Under the pieces are notes generated by a model, which was not told the DNA's origin, searched no databases, and worked only from the letters and a program-made list of their open reading frames with translations. This document shows, piece by piece, positions 57,830 through 64,000 of a stretch of DNA of 64,000 nt. Positions within the stretch are counted from its first letter, which is position 1. Each line of letters begins with the position of its first letter. The stretch spans positions 170,620 to 234,619 of the forward strand of contig JBAZXC010000002.1 in NCBI GenBank assembly GCA_041660065.1, given 5' to 3'. The position numbers and the translations under genes are program-made. The stretch comes from Parcubacteria group bacterium (GTDB taxonomy: Bacteria > Patescibacteriota > Minisyncoccia > Moranbacterales > GCA-2747515).

Positions 57830-58858
57830 TCAAATATGCAATAGCGCATGATCCAATTTTAATGCAATTTTTGTTTTCAATCGATGTGTATTTCCATGGC
57901 TCAACAACCCTTCATATGAACGCCATCTTTTCAGTGTCGCATTTTTCCTCATCCGTCGCACCATCCTCTTTTTCGTCTTCGTCCGCAAGATCCGATGATC
58001 AGAAAAGATGATCATCCCGAGAAAATCCACACCGGATGAGAGGGTTTTGATAAAAACCTTGTCCGGATGCATTTCCAGTCGTAATTCTTCCCACAAAAAG
58101 TTCTCTATGGCTGGAATATCATTCTCCAACTGTTTTTTGTTTGTGGCTAAGAATACAAAATCATCCGCGTAACGAATATAGTATTTTGCTTTCATTGTAT
58201 GTTTTGCAAACTGATCGAATTTGTTCATATAAATATTCACAAATAATTGTGAAGTCAGGTTGCCCAGCGGAAGTCCGATTTTCCTCTCTTTCCTGTGGTA
58301 CGGTTGAAATGACGAGAAACTCTCTATGATGTTTTCAAGAAGTGTGATGATATTTTTGTCCGGAATATATTCGGAGAGAATTTTTAATAAAATATCATGG
58401 TCGATATTTGCAAAGAATTTTTTGATGTCGCATTTCAAAACCCAACATGTTTTTGTGTTATTTTGACTGACTTTATGAAAATATTTTTTAAATCTATTGA
58501 TTGCTTTATGGGTTCCTTTATCATTTCTGCATGAATACGAATCAGCGATAAATGTTTTGTCAAAAAACGGATAGAGTTTTCTATAGATTGCATGATGCAA
58601 AAGCCGATCACGCACGATAGCTTTGTGGATGTTTCTTGGTTTGGGATCGTTGATTTTGAACGCTTGATAACCGCCGTGTTTATAGGTAAAATTACAGAGA
58701 TCATTGTGAAGCAAAAAGATGTGATCCATGAGTCTCAAGGAAAATTCCTGCACGTCCTTCCTGTTTCTCTTTCCTTTTTCAAATTCTTTCCATGCTTCCA
58801 ACAAGTTTTCTACACTGATAATATCATCATACGTATGAATCAATTGAATTTTCATCAT
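57830..58858 (-). CDS. diversity-generating retroelement reverse transcriptase
   Basis: RT motifs incl. YADD (IRYADDFVFL) and DGR-type motif 4 GLPLGNLTSQLFVNIYM (SQ instead of SP); 342 aa, no maturase/endonuclease domain; adjacent Avd, TR and VR. Confidence 0.8.
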   Translation of the reverse strand: MMKIQLIHTYDDIISVENLLEAWKEFEKGKRNRKDVQEFSLRLMDHIFLLHNDLCNFTYKHGGYQAFKINDPKPRNIHKAIVRDRLLHHAIYRKLYPFFDKTFIADSYSCRNDKGTHKAINRFKKYFHKVSQNNTKTCWVLKCDIKKFFANIDHDILLKILSEYIPDKNIITLLENIIESFSSFQPYHRKERKIGLPLGNLTSQLFVNIYMNKFDQFAKHTMKAKYYIRYADDFVFLATNKKQLENDIPAIENFLWEELRLEMHPDKVFIKTLSSGVDFLGMIIFSDHRILRTKTKKRMVRRMRKNATLKRWRSYEGLLSHGNTHRLKTKIALKLDHALLHI

Positions 58859-58886
58859 AGTCAGACTTTTAAAGCCCCCCAGAGGA

Positions 58887-59240
58887 GTGCCTGCTGTAAT
58901 TACAAAGGAAAAAGAAACGTATAGTTATTGGTTGACATTACATCGCAATTTTCCCAAAACGGAACGCTACGGGCTCGGACGCAGGATCGACCAAATATTT
59001 CTCGAAGTTCTGGAATCAAGTTTTACTGCCACATATTTGCCACCAGAACAAAAAGTGCTACTTCTGGGGAAAATAATTTCACGCCTTGATATACTCAAAT
59101 TTTATTCTCAACTTGCATGGGAAAACAAACTCATCCCCAATAATCATTATATAGATCTTTCACAGAGACTAGAAGAGATCGGTCGCATGCTCGGTGGATG
59201 GAGAAAAGGACTTTTGGAAAAGAAAACTCCTGCAAAGTAA
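58887..59240 (+). CDS. avd: Avd (accessory variability determinant, four-helix-bundle protein); GTG start; opposite strand to RT/TR/target
   Basis: Architecture and C-terminal EIGRMLGGWRKG match Avd/TIGR02436 family (compare Bordetella phage Avd ..EVGRILGSWI..). Confidence 0.7.
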   Translation: MPAVITKEKETYSYWLTLHRNFPKTERYGLGRRIDQIFLEVLESSFTATYLPPEQKVLLLGKIISRLDILKFYSQLAWENKLIPNNHYIDLSQRLEEIGRMLGGWRKGLLEKKTPAK

Positions 59241-59264
59241 GCAGGAGAAAAAACAATAAGTTTC

Positions 59265-59374
59265 GGAGCCACCAAACGATGTTGATTCTCGGCGTTCCAG
59301 ACGTTCGAGTTCTCAAGCCGGTTCACATTCGCCTTGAGCAAGTCGTCCGAGTTGAAGTTCACGTTGGCAACGAA
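59265..59374 (-). repeat. DGR template repeat (TR), 110 bp
   Basis: Aligns with VR at offset 433; 12 mismatches, all at TR adenines on the minus (sense) strand. Confidence 0.85.
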
Positions 59375-59684
59375 ATATGCGACGAGCCATCCACACCATC
59401 ATCCTTTGAATACTCTCAGGATTGTATCTTATGCGGGACATAGAAGTCTGCCGGCTCATCGCACCAACTGGCTGTTTTTTTGTTTCAAAAAACATATCCG
59501 CTATTTTGCAAGACATATCCGGCAAAATCCTCGAGTACATTTTTTGACAACCTTGATCTGAGGCCTTAACCGCAAATTTTTCCAAGATTATAACTCTATT
59601 ATACAAAAAAATCCCTCTGATTCAAAGTGCCAAAGCACCAAAGAATCAAAGGGACTAAAAGAAAAGGAACTAGATGACTTAGTT

Positions 59685-60455
59685 TCAAGCCAGATGCGGA
59701 GCCACCAAACGAAGTCGAAACTCGGCGTACCAGACGTTCGAGTGCTCAAGCCGGCGCACATACGCCCTGAGCAAGTCGTCCGAGTTGAAGTCCACGTAGG
59801 CAACGAAGAACTCACCCGTATCTTCATTTTCAAGTAGAAAAAATGTGCCGTAACCATCTCTCTTGAGTTTATCGCGATACTTCACCGCGAATTCTTCAAC
59901 GTGACCTTGTCCGACACAAAGCTTGCGCAGATCTTCCCGATATTTTTCAACGAACTCCCCAAAACTTTGAAATTCATCAGGAGATGCGCCAAACAAAAAA
60001 CCAAAAAGTTGACCAAATGTGCCATCCTCAATCATTTCGCGAACGCGAACCGTGATTTTGTTTTTTCTGGAACACTTTTTACTAAGTCCCCAATTTACAA
60101 AATCGCGATCTATGCCAGCCTTAAAAGTATCTTTGGCATTAGAAAGCATCTTGGTGCCATCATCCGGTCCGAGCTCTATGATTTCATCCTGATAAAGATC
60201 GCGGAGATAGACTTTTGGACTACTAGAGGGTTTTACTACCTCAGCCACATTATCAACTGGCACGATCTTATGTGTGCCGTTGAGAACTCCGCGAAATCCT
60301 GCGTGATTCCTATACTGACCGAACTTTGTAACCTCACTTGATGTCCAACCTTCCGCTTCCAGCTTTTCCATCAGTTGATGCGTTTGACCTTCGGAATAAG
60401 AAGACATGTCTTCCTCCTTTTGGCACATGTGCCATCGTAAATATTTTGCTGCCAA
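59685..60455 (-). CDS. DGR target protein with C-terminal variable C-type-lectin-like region (..DFNSDDLLRAYVRRLEHSNVWYAEFRLRLVAP)
   Basis: VR at 3' end; TR-encoded version has AAY (Asn) codons at variable sites; ends in FRLxLV-like motif common in DGR VRs. Confidence 0.75.
   Translation of the reverse strand: MAAKYLRWHMCQKEEDMSSYSEGQTHQLMEKLEAEGWTSSEVTKFGQYRNHAGFRGVLNGTHKIVPVDNVAEVVKPSSSPKVYLRDLYQDEIIELGPDDGTKMLSNAKDTFKAGIDRDFVNWGLSKKCSRKNKITVRVREMIEDGTFGQLFGFLFGASPDEFQSFGEFVEKYREDLRKLCVGQGHVEEFAVKYRDKLKRDGYGTFFLLENEDTGEFFVAYVDFNSDDLLRAYVRRLEHSNVWYAEFRLRLVAPHLA
59698..59807 (-). repeat. DGR variable repeat (VR) occupying the last ~36 codons of target gene
   Basis: Identical to TR except at positions where TR sense strand has A; shared GC-rich 3' end TCGTTTGGTGGCTCC (IMH-like). 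Confidence 0.85.
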
Positions 60456-60676
60456 CTTGGCCGATATGGTTTCGCCACAGCCAAAAATTGCCTTAGATAA
60501 GCCTTTTTTGGCTGTGGTGAATGAAAAGTTGTCAAGTTACTACGATTTTACGTTGTACGCCTAAATCGTCATTTTGTCAATATTTTTGTAAAAATCTCCC
60601 CTAGCCCCTCTTTACAAAAGAGGGGTACAAACTCTCCCTTTTTTAAAAGGGAGATGTCCGTAGGACAGAGGGATTT

Positions 60677-62077
60677 TTACAGATTTTTGCTAAGAAATGT
60701 TTGCAATTCTTCCACGGCGACACTTGTCTGTTCCATCGTGTCGCGATCGCGCACCGTTACTATACCCTTTTCCAGTGTGTCAAAATCGATCGTCACACAG
60801 TACGGTGTACCGATCTCATCTTGACGACGATAACGCTTGCCCACATTGCCATTGTCATCAAATTCACACATATATTGCATCTTGAGCATATCATGGATCT
60901 CACGTGCTTTTGCCACCAATTCCGGTTTGTTTTTGAGAAGCGGAAATACTGCCACCTTGATCGGCGCGAGAACCTTTGGCAATTTGAGTACTGTGCGCGT
61001 CTTACCCTCGCCCAGATCTTCCACAGTAAATGCCTTGTCCAGAAACATCAGGAATAGTCGCCCCAATCCCACAGACGTCTCCATGATATGCGGGATGAAT
61101 TTTTCTTTGGTCTTTTCATCCACATAATCCAATGTCTTGCCGGAAAATTTGCTATGTTGTGAGAGATCCCAATCACCACGCGCATGAATGCCTTCCACCT
61201 CTTTGAATCCACCAAGAGATCGGAAATTATATTCAATGTCATATGCTTGGGAAGCATAGTGCGCAAGCTTCTCATGTTTGTACCAACGAATATCATCCAC
61301 ACCGATCCCGAGATCGAGATACCACTGCCATCGCACAGCTTTCCACATATCATATTTTTCTTCCATCATGGATGGATGGAGGAAATATTGCATTTCCATT
61401 TGTTCAAATTCTCGTGTACGGAAAACGAATTGCCGCGCCACGATCTCATTGCGAAACGCCTTACCCACCTGCGCGATACCAAACGGCAATTTGACACGCG
61501 TAGAATCCACCGTGTTTTTATATTCAAGGTAAATACCCCCGCATGTCTCCGGACGCAAATACACGACGTTTTCCTCACTGAGCACATCCGTCGGTGAGCC
61601 GAGATTGGATTTGACCATGAGTGAAAATCGCTTGGCCTGTGTGACATCCGTCGAACCGCAATTGATACACTTCAGCTTTCCCTTTTCTCGTAATTTGTCC
61701 AATTCCGCATTGATAAACTCAATTGGCATCTTGTCCGCCACAATATCAAACGCTTCCAAGACATGATCGGCACGCATACGTGCTTTGCATTTACGACAAT
61801 CGATCTGCGGATCATCAAAGCTGTCCACATGTCCCGACGCAACCCATGTCGTCGGATGCATAAAGATCGCACTGTCCAGTCCCACCACATCATCACGGTA
61901 TTGCACCATATGTCGCCACCATGAATCGCGAATGTTATTTTTGAGCAGTGTCCCATAATGTCCATAATCATAGATCGCACCCAATCCGCCATAGATCTCC
62001 GACGATGGAAATACAAACCCACGCCTCTTGGTCAATGACACCAACTCGTCCATGATCGTCTTTTTATTATCTGCCAT
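60677..62077 (-). CDS. glyQS: glycyl-tRNA synthetase (alpha2 type)
   Basis: Class II aaRS motifs, full-length GlyRS homology (SSEIYGGLGAIYDYGHYG). Confidence 0.9.
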   Translation of the reverse strand: MADNKKTIMDELVSLTKRRGFVFPSSEIYGGLGAIYDYGHYGTLLKNNIRDSWWRHMVQYRDDVVGLDSAIFMHPTTWVASGHVDSFDDPQIDCRKCKARMRADHVLEAFDIVADKMPIEFINAELDKLREKGKLKCINCGSTDVTQAKRFSLMVKSNLGSPTDVLSEENVVYLRPETCGGIYLEYKNTVDSTRVKLPFGIAQVGKAFRNEIVARQFVFRTREFEQMEMQYFLHPSMMEEKYDMWKAVRWQWYLDLGIGVDDIRWYKHEKLAHYASQAYDIEYNFRSLGGFKEVEGIHARGDWDLSQHSKFSGKTLDYVDEKTKEKFIPHIMETSVGLGRLFLMFLDKAFTVEDLGEGKTRTVLKLPKVLAPIKVAVFPLLKNKPELVAKAREIHDMLKMQYMCEFDDNGNVGKRYRRQDEIGTPYCVTIDFDTLEKGIVTVRDRDTMEQTSVAVEELQTFLSKNL

Positions 62078-62304
62078 AATATTTTAGTTAAAAGTTATAA
62101 AGTTTGTACTCTAAATAAAAAACTCGTCCTAATCACTCCAAAGACTTTGCTTTGAAATCATCAGGACGAGTATCTGACCACCGTCGCTCTCACGAGCTTT
62201 GGCGAGTTAAACCCGCGGTTCCACCTGCTTTTTCGGACGTTTTATGTCCAAACACCTCTTAAATTTTCACCCCTCGTGAGTGCGCCACCACCCATCAGCC
62301 ACAT
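62078..62304 (-). promoter_or_regulatory. T-box riboswitch-like leader of glyQS: promoter TTGACA-N17-TATTTT (~62311..62339), T-box sequence AGCAGGTGGAACCGCGGG (62212..62228) with UGGA bulge, intrinsic terminator hairpin (62123..62170) + U-run
   Basis: Conserved T-box motif GGUGGNACCGCG read on minus strand; UGGA matches tRNA-Gly discriminator U; terminator directly precedes start codon. Confidence 0.5.
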
Positions 62305-62410
62305 AGCATGAAAATACCATGGACAGAATTCCTTGTCAAGACAACAGAATCATTCTTGCTTTAATATAAAAAGGGCAAGTAATAAAAAATATTGACTTGC
62401 CCTGTCGGCA

Positions 62411-62782
62411 CTAGAAACAAATATCAGATCTCATGTGTGAAGGAAAACTTTGCTGGATCATATCATACAATTGATCAAGTCGCACGTTTTCGGAAAGATC
62501 ATATGCATGTTTCTTGCCCGATGGATCATAGGCATCGACGTGATTTTCTCCATTGTAATGATACACCCATGTCTCAACCGCCATACTCATGCGCACCCCG
62601 GTAATGGGCGCAAACATATCATCGATAGGATTTGGTTGCGGCACAATGAGGGCGTAGATGCGCTCTGCACCAATTTCAATGCGTTCAAACTTAAAGAACC
62701 CTTTATCATCAGTTTTTGACACCTCTTTGCGAACAGCCTGTCTCCCTGCCACAATACCCTCAATGATCTCACTCATGCTCAT
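62411..62782 (-). CDS. hypothetical protein
   Basis: ORF; terminator hairpin AGGGCAAGT..ACTTGCCCT downstream. Confidence 0.4.
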   Translation of the reverse strand: MSMSEIIEGIVAGRQAVRKEVSKTDDKGFFKFERIEIGAERIYALIVPQPNPIDDMFAPITGVRMSMAVETWVYHYNGENHVDAYDPSGKKHAYDLSENVRLDQLYDMIQQSFPSHMRSDICF

Positions 62783-63006
62783 TTCCTTCTCCTTTTTGAT
62801 TGATTAACGGTGTATTTATCTCTCACCTTTCCTATAAAGAACACGTTGATCCTTGCATCAACGTGGTATTGTGTCATATTATTCAAATAAAGTCATTGTA
62901 ACTCAACATTTCCTATTATTTTACTTTCTTTTTGTCTATTTTTTGTTTATAATAAAGGTGTTTATTATTTATTATTTTTTGTCGATTTTGTCGACATTTT
63001 AAAGAT

Positions 63007-63738
63007 ATGCTGGAAAATGACCTATTGACGTTTGGATTTGACCAAAAAGAGTCACAAATCTATCTGGCACTCCTCGAGCTTGGAGAAGCGGGTGTACTGC
63101 GCATCGCACAAAAATCAAAAGTAAAACGCACAACAGTATATCACGTCTTAGAAAATCTCAAGAAAAGAGGTTTGATCGGCACAGTTGCTGTAAAAAAGAA
63201 AAAGCTCTACTTTGCCCAAACGCCAAAAAGATTGGCAAGTGAATTGGATGAGAAAAAGGGCGCGTTGGAAAAAATCATGCCCGAACTTTTGTCAATATCC
63301 AATCTCATTGAAAAAAAACCAAAAATCCAATATTTCGACGGCATCGGTGGGATTAAAACAATTCTTGAAGACGAACTTTCCGCCGGTGCGACAAAAATGA
63401 TGGGATGGTGCACAGAAAACTATTGTCATACGATTGGCGAAGAATATTTTGAAACATATTTCACGCCAAAAAGAATCGCACAAAAAATCTACTTTAATAT
63501 GATCGCCCCGGAAAGCGACCATTACAAGAAACTGCAAAAGAAAAATACTAAGATGTTTTGGACGATTAAAATGATGCACGCGGAGAATATCGCGCTCGAA
63601 ACTGATATCATTATTTATGGAAAATCAAAGACATCGCTTATTTCATACAATGAAAAGATCGGGCTGATCATCGACAGTCAAAGCATGCACAATACACTAA
63701 AAACAATTTTTGAATCGCAATGGCACTTGATGCCATAG
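63007..63738 (+). CDS. TrmB-family transcriptional regulator
   Basis: N-terminal wHTH LTFGFDQKESQIYLALLELGEAGVLRIAQKSKVKRTTVYHVLENLKKRGLI. Confidence 0.7.
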   Translation: MLENDLLTFGFDQKESQIYLALLELGEAGVLRIAQKSKVKRTTVYHVLENLKKRGLIGTVAVKKKKLYFAQTPKRLASELDEKKGALEKIMPELLSISNLIEKKPKIQYFDGIGGIKTILEDELSAGATKMMGWCTENYCHTIGEEYFETYFTPKRIAQKIYFNMIAPESDHYKKLQKKNTKMFWTIKMMHAENIALETDIIIYGKSKTSLISYNEKIGLIIDSQSMHNTLKTIFESQWHLMP

Positions 63739-64000
63739 ATGGATCGCCTGCATTGCCAAAAGAAATATCCTGGGTGACGAACAACTACAGCACTTCTTAA
63801 AACAAAAAATGACACAGCGGGTGGGAAGTGTCAATTTTTGTTTTTATTTTTGTTTTTGTTTTTGCCTCTAAATGATGATTATTTAACAAAAAATGAGCAA
63901 TGGTCGTCAAACGACACACTACTCACCCGTTGATACCATTATAGCACACTTTTATACAAAAAGCAAGTCCTCTATTTATGACTTTTTTAACAAAAATCCG

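Noticed and set aside
57830-58858. Group II intron or retron interpretation of the RT
   Set aside because: No maturase or endonuclease domain. The 342-aa RT has the SQ-type motif 4. It is flanked by an Avd homolog and an adenine-mutagenized TR/VR pair, so DGR is the coherent explanation.
58887-59240. Avd strand assignment as a possible miscall
   Set aside because: Re-translated by hand. The plus-strand GTG-initiated frame gives a clean Avd-like four-helix protein with an upstream SD. No comparable minus-strand ORF exists, so the inverted orientation appears real.
1-64000. tRNA and rRNA genes
   Set aside because: Scanned GC-rich intergenic patches for T-loop (GGTTCGANTCC) and anticodon-arm architecture and found none. 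The only GTTCGAGT hit is inside the DGR repeats.

Overview
AT-rich (about 40% GC) bacterial chromosomal segment with genes almost all on the minus strand. The gene content and style fit a small-genome, Candidate-Phyla-Radiation-like organism: a DUF2207 secreted protein, a PaaX-like regulator, a DGR, compact DNA-repair genes and many small hypothetical genes. Recognisable content: 2-oxoacid:ferredoxin oxidoreductase (korAB), exonuclease VII (xseAB, with xseA carrying an N-terminal HRDC/HhH-like extension), an Nramp transporter, nth, uvrA, a short uvrC, lexA, radC, an ABC-F ATPase, M17 aminopeptidase, and glyQS preceded by a T-box-like leader. Accessory content: (i) a complete diversity-generating retroelement at 57.8-60.5 kb with RT, Avd, template repeat and an adenine-mutagenized variable repeat at the 3' end of a target gene; (ii) a defense island at 33-40.8 kb carrying a Type I R-M system with a fused HsdM-HsdS polypeptide and HsdR, plus a DGQHR-domain protein next to a D12 N6-adenine methyltransferase; (iii) a family of six near-perfect 34-bp palindromes (GTAACATAAT..ACGGCCGT..ATTATGTTAC) clustered around a PaaX-like regulator gene and next to the defense island, likely its operator sites; (iv) a duplicated two-gene module (51-aa basic protein plus 96-aa protein, with conserved promoter and terminator) bracketing an island that encodes a RhuM-Fic protein and an HExxH protein; (v) a GC-rich plus-strand locus with two tiny ORFs behind perfect Shine-Dalgarno sequences, ending in a terminator that recurs almost identically 1.1 kb downstream; (vi) several dispersed intergenic repeat elements, a duplicated gene 3' end flanking a 1.8-kb three-gene insert, and a candidate SOS operator motif shared by lexA, uvrA and uvrC. 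No rRNA, tRNA, CRISPR array, integrase or transposase was recognised. Coordinates of non-ORF elements were counted by hand and may be off by 1-2 nt.
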